From: a virus
DNA: 31,888 nucleotides
Direction: 5' to 3' (one strand)
IMG/VR virus record: IMGVR_UViG_3300009682_000001
A program made the translations under genes and the position numbers. Positions within the stretch are counted from its first letter, which is position 1. Each line of letters starts with the position of its first letter. Below are positions 25,376 to 31,888 of the stretch, one piece after another. The notes under the pieces were generated by a model. The model did no database searches, had not been told where the DNA came from, and was given only the letters and a program-made list of their open reading frames with translations.

Positions 25376-26860
25376 ATGGCACGCAGATACGGTAACCAAA
25401 AGCCACGCATTGACCAATTTAATGATGGTGATATTTGGCTGGCTGACAAAACACTAACCCTACTTGATGAATACGGCATTAAGCTACTGCCCTGGCAAAA
25501 AAAGATAGTCTACCGCTGGCTGGCAGTGATCTGGGATGAAGATGAGCAAAGATGGCGCTGGGCTAATCCTAAAGCTGGTCTGCTTGTACCGCGCCAGAAT
25601 GGTAAAACAGAGATCATCATAGCCCGTATCATTGGCGGTATGATCTTTATGAATGAAGCGCTTATTTATACTGCCCACTCTGATAAAACAGTAGAAGCGG
25701 TGCGCCGCCGTGTTATGAACTTCTTTTACCAGGCAGAGGAAGAGATCAGAGACCTGCTGACAGCTGAATTTGATAAAGAGCCTAAGAGCTTAGACTATGT
25801 GGAATTGCGCGGTGGCGGATATTGCGTATTCCGTACCCGTACGCGCACTGGTGGTCTGGGTACTACCAATGACACATTGATCCTAGACGAAGCCCAGGAA
25901 GAGACTGACGCGCAACAGGAAGCGCTATTGCCTACCATATCAGCCGGTAAGAGCCAAAACAGCCAGATATTGCGTGCCGGTACGCCGCCTAGTGGTGGTG
26001 GCTCTGGTACGGTGTTTATCCGTATTAGGCAGAATGTACTTGAGGGTAAAGACCATGAGACCTGCTGGCAGGAGTGGTCAGTAGAGTTATTAACTGATCC
26101 GCATGATGAGGATGCCTGGTATTACGCTAACCCATCACTAGGCTATCACCTGATGGTGGCGGCGGTCCGCACAGAAGCCCATGACATGGCTATTGACTCA
26201 TTCAATAAGATGCGCCTGGGCTGGATTGCCGGTAAGGAAAGCAAACGCGCCATCAGTGATGAAGATTGGCAGGCTACAAAGGTAGAGCAGGTAAAGCTGG
26301 AAGATAACCCACGCTTAGTGTATTGCATCAAATTTGCACCTGACGGCAGTGCCATGAGCTTAGGGGTAGGTGTCTACATGCCTAATGGTATACCACATGT
26401 AGAGCTGGTTGAGCGTAAGCCAATGAGCGCAGGCACTACATGGATCACTAACTGGCTATTTGACCGGTCTAAGCTCAGGTGGCGCAAATGCGCAAAGATT
26501 ATCATTGATGGTCAGGCAGGCTCACAGCTGCTTGTAGAAGAGCTTATACGCACTGACAAGCGCATTACTAAGAAAATACTCACTCCTAACGTAAAACAGG
26601 CAGGAGCGGCTTACAGTGGCTTCCAGACAGCCGTAGAGAAGCATGAGCTAACCCATTATGACCAGCCAGCGCTAAATGGCTCTATAAAGACCGCAAAAAA
26701 GCGCTCAATAGGCAAGGATGGTATGTTTGGCTATGCCACGCTCAATCCTGATTTTCAAATTGATCCTACTGAGTGCGCTGCATTCTGCCATTATGGTGCT
26801 ATTAACTTTGCTAAAAACTACAAATCCGGTGGTGGTACTACCCAGAGGGTTATGATATAG
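25376..26860 (+). CDS. terL: Terminase large subunit
   Basis: Walker A is VPRQNGKT and Walker B is TLILDEAQE. 494 aa, with a C-terminal nuclease-type region. Confidence 0.9.
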   Translation: MARRYGNQKPRIDQFNDGDIWLADKTLTLLDEYGIKLLPWQKKIVYRWLAVIWDEDEQRWRWANPKAGLLVPRQNGKTEIIIARIIGGMIFMNEALIYTAHSDKTVEAVRRRVMNFFYQAEEEIRDLLTAEFDKEPKSLDYVELRGGGYCVFRTRTRTGGLGTTNDTLILDEAQEETDAQQEALLPTISAGKSQNSQILRAGTPPSGGGSGTVFIRIRQNVLEGKDHETCWQEWSVELLTDPHDEDAWYYANPSLGYHLMVAAVRTEAHDMAIDSFNKMRLGWIAGKESKRAISDEDWQATKVEQVKLEDNPRLVYCIKFAPDGSAMSLGVGVYMPNGIPHVELVERKPMSAGTTWITNWLFDRSKLRWRKCAKIIIDGQAGSQLLVEELIRTDKRITKKILTPNVKQAGAAYSGFQTAVEKHELTHYDQPALNGSIKTAKKRSIGKDGMFGYATLNPDFQIDPTECAAFCHYGAINFAKNYKSGGGTTQRVMI

Positions 26861-26924
26861 TGCAATCAAGCTATCAGGGAAGTAAGACACCCTTTTAGCC
26901 CAGAACTCCAATTCGCCAAAAAAT

Positions 26925-26958
26925 AACCGCCGTAGTCTTAGGACAGCAGGCGGTTTTT
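26925..26958 (+). terminator. Rho-independent terminator after terL
   Basis: AACCGCC...GGCGGTT with an inner GTC/GAC stem, followed by TTTTT. Confidence 0.6.
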
Positions 26959-26972
26959 GGTATCATAGAGCT

Positions 26973-27143
26973 ATGGAAAATGAGCCAAACACAGAAAACG
27001 TACACTACATTGATGAGTACCCACATTTGGAAGAGAAGCTTAGGCTACAACGCCTAGCACGCCCGGCGGTCCGCCAGGCGCTACAAGACATGACTAGGAT
27101 TATCAAATTTGAGCTACCAGAACAGCCTGACGGCATTGCCTAG
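26973..27143 (+). CDS. Possible 56-aa ORF with no SD
   Basis: TGgTATCAT ends 6 nt before the ATG. Product MENEPNTENVHYIDEYPHLEEKLRLQRLARPAVRQ... It is below the track size cutoff. Confidence 0.3.
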   Translation: MENEPNTENVHYIDEYPHLEEKLRLQRLARPAVRQALQDMTRIIKFELPEQPDGIA

Positions 27144-27922
27144 TAGATATAGACAAACTCACTAGGGCTAGCATCACGGTAGGTAACTTTGCCCCAGTGT
27201 GGTGCATTCATCTCACTGATGCGGATAGTGCCATTGTCATTTATGCCCTCTACATACACCACATGCCCTAATGCGCCGCGTGTAGTAGTGCCTACCGCGC
27301 CTTTGGCTGGTGTTGATCCTACTGCCATACCCATAGCGGAAGCACGGGCATACCAGGTATTAGCATTACCCAGACCATTAGGCAGGGATGCGCCCCGGCG
27401 GTTTTTGACGTACCAGGTACAATAACCGTAAGAGTAGGTATTACCACCACCAAAATTGCCAGAAGTGGCTTGTGGGGTAGGTGTAGCTACATTAGGAGTG
27501 ACAGCAGGCAGGCTTACTGCCGCAGGTATCTCACGCTCAAGCTTTTCATCTGCCAGTGGGATAGTGATTTTATCACCCACATGGATTAAGTCAGGGTTAG
27601 TAAGCTGGGTGTTTTTAGCCCATAGGCGTTGCCAGGTGACATTATGAGCCGTGCCAATCTTAGTGAGATTGTCACCATCTACAACCGTATAAACTACCGG
27701 CTCTGATTTAACCGGCTCTTTTGGCTCTTCTTTGACTGGTGGTTTTGTATCTTCTTTTTGTGGTAGCTGTATCTGTGGTGTGTTTGATCTCTGGTAATTC
27801 AAGTTTAGTATTGATCCAATATCATTGTTTTGATTAAAGAATATTGGATTTGCCGCAGCCGTTGCAGGTGGTGTGACCATAAAAGTTGCTGTGACTGCTG
27901 ATGTTAATATTAGAGTTTTCAT
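27140..27922 (-). CDS. Secreted peptidoglycan hydrolase: signal peptide, LysM domain and CHAP domain
   Basis: MKTLILTSAVTATFMVTPPATAAA is the signal peptide. YTVVDGDNLTKIG...GDKITIP is LysM. GYCTWYV...GHVVYVEG...ISEMN is the CHAP Cys/His pattern. The start is uncertain (ATG 27922 or TTG 27949). Confidence 0.8.
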   Translation of the reverse strand: MKTLILTSAVTATFMVTPPATAAANPIFFNQNNDIGSILNLNYQRSNTPQIQLPQKEDTKPPVKEEPKEPVKSEPVVYTVVDGDNLTKIGTAHNVTWQRLWAKNTQLTNPDLIHVGDKITIPLADEKLEREIPAAVSLPAVTPNVATPTPQATSGNFGGGNTYSYGYCTWYVKNRRGASLPNGLGNANTWYARASAMGMAVGSTPAKGAVGTTTRGALGHVVYVEGINDNGTIRISEMNAPHWGKVTYRDASPSEFVYIY

Positions 27923-27996
27923 AACGCTTGAGCCTGAAGATAAGGACAATGGCGCGGCTCTGATTTATTACTCCCATAAAGTTAATGACAATATTG

Positions 27997-28027
27997 AGTT
28001 TATCACGCTCATACTTTACAGTGTCAA
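27997..28027 (-). promoter_or_regulatory. Candidate promoter for the LysM-CHAP gene
   Basis: On the minus strand: TTGACA (28027-28022), N17, GATAAA, or N19 then TGaTAAACT. Confidence 0.35.
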
Positions 28028-28047
28028 GCTTACAGGGGTGCAGGGTA

Positions 28048-28079
28048 TTGACAAATAAAGCCCTCTGTGATAACATAAT
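28048..28079 (+). promoter_or_regulatory. Candidate early promoter, divergent from the hydrolase promoter
   Basis: Perfect TTGACA at 28048-28053, N17, TAACAT. The alternative CATAAT ends 6 nt before ATG 28086. Confidence 0.5.
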
Positions 28080-28085
28080 AGTGTT

Positions 28086-28265
28086 ATGAAACATTTAACA
28101 AACATCATCAAAAACAAATATTATCGCTTCCAGCCTGGTGAATTCCTACCAATCTATTCAGGTGGTGAGCTTATCAATAAACGTGAATTCCATGCCTACC
28201 GTATTAAGTGGATCATCCGCAACCGTAGTGCATTCTTTTACCAGCTGACTCATACACGCGGCTAA
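28086..28265 (+). CDS. Possible 59-aa basic protein with no SD
   Basis: MKHLTNIIKNKYYRFQPGEF... It sits directly after the promoter and is just below the track size cutoff. Confidence 0.35.
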   Translation: MKHLTNIIKNKYYRFQPGEFLPIYSGGELINKREFHAYRIKWIIRNRSAFFYQLTHTRG

Positions 28266-28290
28266 TTCCTGACATCTGTTAATTCACTGC

Positions 28291-28408
28291 TTTTACATAC
28301 TATATAGAAATGTTTATTTAAAACATTTTTATACACTATATAGAAACACAAGAGCATAAAGCTGGTTTTACACAAGTAATCCCCAGAATTCAGGCACTTT
28401 TACACAAG
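28291..28408. repeat. Cluster of short direct and inverted repeats (candidate operators or iterons)
   Basis: A[T/C]ACTATATAGAAA occurs at 28297 and 28333. AAATGTTT/AAACATTT is an inverted repeat at 28308-28328. TTTTACACAAG occurs at 28366 and 28398. ACACAAG occurs three times. Confidence 0.7.
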
Positions 28409-28412
28409 CGGC

Positions 28413-28442
28413 TTGGCAAATAAATGCGCAAGGTGCTATATT
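28413..28442 (+). promoter_or_regulatory. Promoter of the rightward early operon
   Basis: TTGGCA, N18, TGcTATATT. GGAGGG RBS precedes ATG 28471. Confidence 0.55.
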
Positions 28443-28470
28443 GATACCACAGCAATGAATTGGAGGGATA

Positions 28471-28980
28471 ATGTCTTACAAAGTTAGTGACCAAAGAAAA
28501 CAAACAATGATTACTAAGCTAGGTGACGCGGTGGAACTGATAGACAATCAGGCTTTTTTACCGTTTTACCGGTCCATACAGATCAAGCTTGAGAAGATGG
28601 GCAGGGCTGATGAATGGGGCAAAATGATAGAGGTAGCACTTACTAAAGAGCGCCCTAGTCATTACTTTGCTAAGCTCTGTAAAATGGTCAAAGACGGCAC
28701 ATACAAATTTGTTGAAAAGGTGGCAGAGGTTGCCGGTGAGCTTAGGCTATATGTGCATGACAAGCTTATTAAGTTTGGCTTTGGTAAGTATCAGAAGTAT
28801 TGGGTGCGCAAAGCCCAGGAATTCATTAACGTAAACGGGCAGGCTGGCTTTGTAGAGCTGCTGGAATACGCTGAGCGTAAAGGTATCAATCAAAAATACA
28901 TGGCTAGGGCGCTCAAAAACTGCAAAACACCGCGCCAGTATTACCAGCAAAACGTGATCGGCGCTGGTTATAATGGCTAA
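28471..28980 (+). CDS. Hypothetical protein, first gene after the repeat array. A replication or regulatory role is only a guess.
   Basis: 169-aa ORF with a strong RBS. Confidence 0.6.
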   Translation: MSYKVSDQRKQTMITKLGDAVELIDNQAFLPFYRSIQIKLEKMGRADEWGKMIEVALTKERPSHYFAKLCKMVKDGTYKFVEKVAEVAGELRLYVHDKLIKFGFGKYQKYWVRKAQEFINVNGQAGFVELLEYAERKGINQKYMARALKNCKTPRQYYQQNVIGAGYNG

Positions 28981-29443
28981 AGGGGGCTTAGTATTCACTA
29001 AAGATAACGAATACTATACACCGCCAGAAGTTGTAAAATATTTTGGTCAGTTTGACTATGATCCTGCAACAGTGCCGGCAAAAGCAAAAGAGCTTGGAAT
29101 ACCGAACTATGATACTATTGAAACTGATGGATTAGCCCAGGACTGGACAAAATACAATCGTATTTGGATAAATCCGCCATTTACGCGAAAGCATGAGTTT
29201 TTAGCAAAGGCGGTAAAAACATACAGGTTAGCGAAGAATGAGATATATGTGCTTTTTCCTATTGAGTTTTTGACAACTAGACGCTTCCATGACATTTGTG
29301 GGGGGGGCGCATATATGTACCTAGCGGTCGTATTAATTTTCAGAGTGGTCTTGGTAAAAAGGGCAAATCACCTGCATTTGGCAGCTGTGTACTCAAGCTG
29401 CAAGAAAAATCTGAGATTGTCTTTATTGATATTAACGAATTAA
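28973..29443 (+). CDS. Phage Dam-family DNA N6-adenine methyltransferase, frame disrupted at the G8 run 29300-29307. The conserved C-terminus continues in the -1 frame to 29448.
   Basis: YYTPPEVV, DGLAQDW and WINPPF are in the annotated frame. GRINF...PAFGSCVL is in the -1 frame after the G-run. Confidence 0.75.
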   Translation: MAKGGLVFTKDNEYYTPPEVVKYFGQFDYDPATVPAKAKELGIPNYDTIETDGLAQDWTKYNRIWINPPFTRKHEFLAKAVKTYRLAKNEIYVLFPIEFLTTRRFHDICGGGAYMYLAVVLIFRVVLVKRANHLHLAAVYSSCKKNLRLSLLILTN

Positions 29444-29453
29444 AGTAGTAGTC

Positions 29454-29900
29454 ATGAAAGTACTGTTTTTGGATATAGACGGTGTTTGTAATTCAGCTGC
29501 CTGGGCAAAGCAAGGTAATAGCCTATGGCATGGCACTGATCCGCAGGCAGTAAAGCTGGTCCAGTGCATTATCGCGGCAACCAAATGCGTTGTCGTACTA
29601 TCAAGCACCTGGCGGTTATACCCGGAGGCTAAGGCAGTAGTCCGGCGCGATGTATGCAACTTCATTGACTGCACCAAAGACATGCAGGCTGGCTCTAAGC
29701 GCGGTATTGTGCCGCGCGGTGAAGAGGTGCAGGATTGGCTCAATCGTCACCCGTCAGTAAGCCAGTACGCCATACTAGACGATGATAGCGACTTTTTGCC
29801 GCATCAATGGTTATTCAAAACGACATTTGAACAGGGCATCACAGAAGAGATTGCGGATGCCGTAATCAGTCACCTAAATGCTGGGGATAAAAAGTACTAA
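29454..29900 (+). CDS. HAD-superfamily phosphatase-like protein (HAD_SAK type)
   Basis: VLFLDIDGVCN is motif I. VVLSSTWR is motif II. ILDDD is near the C-terminus. Confidence 0.6.
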   Translation: MKVLFLDIDGVCNSAAWAKQGNSLWHGTDPQAVKLVQCIIAATKCVVVLSSTWRLYPEAKAVVRRDVCNFIDCTKDMQAGSKRGIVPRGEEVQDWLNRHPSVSQYAILDDDSDFLPHQWLFKTTFEQGITEEIADAVISHLNAGDKKY

Positions 29901-29906
29901 AAAGTA

Positions 29907-29935
29907 TTGACGAACGGTCTACCGTTTTGTATTAT
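29907..29935 (+). promoter_or_regulatory. Sigma70-type promoter with a palindrome in the spacer
   Basis: TTGACG, N17, TATTAT. The spacer contains AACGGTctACCGTT at 29913-29926. Confidence 0.55.
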
Positions 29936-29969
29936 CAGTAGTAACAACCGTAAACGAATTGGAGGGATT

Positions 29970-30365
29970 ATGGGGTTGAGGGATAAGCTATTTGGCAGGC
30001 GCGAGCCTAAGCCAGTGGAAGTGCCAGCATTGTTACAGCCAGAAGACCCGGTAAACTATGACAGCGTATTGGATTGGCTACTTGGATTGAGCCAAAAAGA
30101 CTACGAGCGAATGCTTAAAGTAGTCACCATTTACCGCAACGCAAATAAAGACGCTGCAAAGGTACTTCGCGTAAAAGATGAACCCACTACCCAGCTAGTA
30201 TCAAAACGGCTTACAGACGAGCAGATAGACAGCGACTTAGATATGCTGCTGCAGACTGACCCGGATGATTTGAAAGCTGCTATTGAAAACGAGCCAGAAC
30301 CCGAAGCACCTAAAAAGGCTCAAGCACCAAGTAAAGACAAAAAGGTAGTACCAAAAAATGATTAA
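29970..30365 (+). CDS. Hypothetical acidic protein
   Basis: GGAGGG lies 5 nt upstream of ATG 29970. The track start at 29907 lies in the promoter. Confidence 0.6.
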   Translation: MGLRDKLFGRREPKPVEVPALLQPEDPVNYDSVLDWLLGLSQKDYERMLKVVTIYRNANKDAAKVLRVKDEPTTQLVSKRLTDEQIDSDLDMLLQTDPDDLKAAIENEPEPEAPKKAQAPSKDKKVVPKND

Positions 30366-30582
30366 CCGCATACAATTATTGTTCAGTAATTGGCAGGCAG
30401 AGCGCCGCCGAGTCAATGACCTAAATGTAAAACTGGAGGGGCTTACCGATCCGACATTCATTGACCGGGCAACCGATACCAAAGAACGCCGAGTATACCT
30501 ACGATTGCATGACCGGGTATATGGTCGCATGAACCGCTTTAGCAAATGGCTACACCGGCTGAATTGCCAGGAGGCGCATTAA
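30358..30582 (+). CDS. Hypothetical basic protein
   Basis: 74 aa, with overlap coupling at both ends. Confidence 0.55.
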   Translation: MINRIQLLFSNWQAERRRVNDLNVKLEGLTDPTFIDRATDTKERRVYLRLHDRVYGRMNRFSKWLHRLNCQEAH

Positions 30583-30863
30583 TGACTACTTACACTGATG
30601 CATTCGGCAAGCCACTAAATAAAGACGATGTACGCCTGGCTGTACAGGCAACTGTGATGAGCAGCACAGTATCAACTATGTCACTCAACCGCAGTACCCG
30701 GCTTGGAATGGTTAAGGTAGTCAACATACTCAGGCTTCTAGAAGCGGCAAATATAGTATCGCCGGCAAAAGACGGCAAGCGCCAGGTCATTATGAGGGGT
30801 TTTAACAATCATGCCGCTGCGGTAAATGCAGCACTACGGCAGCTTAAAAAGGGCAGAAAGTGA
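30582..30863 (+). CDS. Stand-alone FtsK/SpoIIIE gamma-domain-like winged-helix DNA-binding protein
   Basis: LAVQATVMSSTVSTMSLNRSTRLGMVKVVNILRLLEAANIVSPAKDGKRQVIM follows the FtsK_gamma pattern. GGAGG RBS and a TAATG overlap are present. Confidence 0.55.
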   Translation: MTTYTDAFGKPLNKDDVRLAVQATVMSSTVSTMSLNRSTRLGMVKVVNILRLLEAANIVSPAKDGKRQVIMRGFNNHAAAVNAALRQLKKGRK

Positions 30864-31048
30864 AGATCAAAATGAGTCAATTAGTCGGCAAAGTCCTACG
30901 CAAAAACGCAGAAGTCATTATAATTTTTAGAGTAGGAGGCAAATACTACCCTGCAACAGAAGAGAATAGCCAGGCATTTGAGACTTACCTACATACCGGT
31001 GATCCTAAATACCTGGATGAATTAACTAATGAGGTGACGGAGTTTTAA
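30860..31048 (+). CDS. Hypothetical protein
   Basis: 62 aa with a GTGA overlap start. The alternative start is ATG 30872. Confidence 0.5.
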   Translation: MKIKMSQLVGKVLRKNAEVIIIFRVGGKYYPATEENSQAFETYLHTGDPKYLDELTNEVTEF

Positions 31049-31049
31049 T

Positions 31050-31349
31050 ATGGCAGACAAGCCACTATTAACCCCAGAAGTAAACACCAGAGCCATAGAG
31101 CATCTGGGCTATGAGATAGATCAGAGGGCATTAACCCTAATATCTTACTTACTGCCAGAAGTGATGCTTAACGGTCCTGCTACCGTCATTCCTAACACGG
31201 TACTGACTGATGATGATAAATTTTGGCTTAAACGCTGGAATGCTGAAAAGCTAATCAAATGGTCAGCACCACATATCAAATTTAGCCGTAGGTTTTATGT
31301 GTCAGTATGTGAGATTTTATGGCATTCATACATTAAGGAGGATCAATAA
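31050..31349 (+). CDS. Hypothetical protein
   Basis: 99-aa ORF. Confidence 0.55.
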   Translation: MADKPLLTPEVNTRAIEHLGYEIDQRALTLISYLLPEVMLNGPATVIPNTVLTDDDKFWLKRWNAEKLIKWSAPHIKFSRRFYVSVCEILWHSYIKEDQ

Positions 31350-31350
31350 T

Positions 31351-31668
31351 ATGGATGCAGCAATACAGGCATTCTTAGTAACCATAGCCATTGTAGGCGG
31401 TATTTTAAGCCCACTGATCCTGATTGCTTTTATAAGCACTCTGGGTAAGACAATGGAAGCAGTAGCCGCACAGCTCAATAAATTTACCGCTGAGCTAAAG
31501 CGCAAGCCACCATTTGAAGATGTAGAGGTAAATGTAAATCCTGCCACTAATGTAATGACGGTCCGCATGCTTAAAAACGGTGAGATCATCTGGCAAGGTG
31601 CATCATCCCGGCGTGATATGGAAGTGGATAACATACTAACCTTTAAGCAGACTGAGGTGACTGACTAA
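31351..31668 (+). CDS. Small membrane protein with an N-terminal TM helix
   Basis: AAGGAGG at 31335-31341 precedes ATG 31351. Hydrophobic stretch is FLVTIAIVGGILSPLILIAFI. Confidence 0.6.
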   Translation: MDAAIQAFLVTIAIVGGILSPLILIAFISTLGKTMEAVAAQLNKFTAELKRKPPFEDVEVNVNPATNVMTVRMLKNGEIIWQGASSRRDMEVDNILTFKQTEVTD

Positions 31669-31888
31669 TGGATGGTAAATCACAAGCCTGGCGTGATGCC
31701 GCAGACAAGCTTTTAGAAGCCCTGGCGCGTGACAATCAGTACATTGTGTCTGATATGGTCCAAATCTTCCTAGAGTCAGCAGACTACGGATTAAATGACT
31801 GGTCACCATTAGGCGGTGTATTCAAGCGTGCAGCCAAAAAGGGCATCATTAGCCGTATTGACCGCCCCACTAAGCAGGCGCTGTGGAA
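31668..31888 (+). CDS. 5' part of the hypothetical ORF that continues across the circular junction to position 163
   Basis: TAATG overlap with the previous gene. The frame is open to the window end. Confidence 0.6.
   Translation, partial: MDGKSQAWRDAADKLLEALARDNQYIVSDMVQIFLESADYGLNDWSPLGGVFKRAAKKGIISRIDRPTKQALW
31766..31888. repeat. Second copy of the 123-bp terminal repeat
   Basis: Identical to 1-123. Confidence 0.95.

Noticed and set aside
1-31888. Search for tRNA genes, an integrase or attP, CI/Cro-type repressors, a reverse transcriptase (DGR or retron) and toxin-antitoxin pairs
   Set aside because: I recognised no cloverleaf-compatible sequence with a GTTCGAATC-type T-arm, no tyrosine or serine recombinase motifs, no YxDD reverse transcriptase motif and no obvious toxin-antitoxin gene pair. 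Absence by eye is not proof.

Overview
The window is a complete, circularly closed genome of a siphovirus-type tailed dsDNA phage. Bases 1-123 are identical to 31766-31888, so the unique length is 31,765 bp, and one ORF (31668 onward, ending at 163) crosses the junction.

Plus-strand genes:
- Early module (about 28086 through the junction to 2566): small genes including a 169-aa protein behind a repeat-rich control region, a phage Dam-family N6-adenine methyltransferase interrupted at a G8 run, two HAD-like proteins, a stand-alone FtsK-gamma-like winged-helix protein and a class I SAM methyltransferase.
- Morphogenesis module (6243-20972): gene order is unusual. Neck proteins come first, then scaffold, HK97-fold major capsid, MuF-like protein, RusA resolvase, portal, adaptor, major tail protein, tail assembly chaperone with a canonical -1 frameshift, an inserted small gene, tape measure, Dit, Tal, three paralogous small proteins and the receptor-binding protein.
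- Lysis cassette (21734-23247): Amidase_2 endolysin with four CW_7 repeats, plus a holin.
- Packaging genes (23863-26860): ParB-like protein, candidate TerS and TerL.

Minus-strand islands:
- A glycosylation operon (2701-5400): GT-A glycosyltransferase, nucleotidyltransferase and a two-domain GT2 glycosyltransferase.
- A NUMOD4/HNH homing endonuclease (5649-6179).
- An HNH gene flanked by 22-bp direct repeats (23325-23747).
- A secreted LysM-CHAP peptidoglycan hydrolase (27140-27922).

I found no integrase, repressor, DNA polymerase, primase, helicase, tRNA or CRISPR array. Intergenic regions repeatedly carry TGnTAnAAT extended -10 elements, and several sit exactly 6-7 nt before an ATG that lacks a Shine-Dalgarno sequence.

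Most interesting:
- the G8-interrupted methyltransferase;
- the glycan-synthesis locus with homopolymer tracts in its control region;
- the palindrome-rich insertion between the tail chaperone and tape-measure genes;
- the separately transcribed secreted hydrolase;
- the repeat array upstream of the early operon.

All functional calls rest on motifs read by eye. No database search was run.
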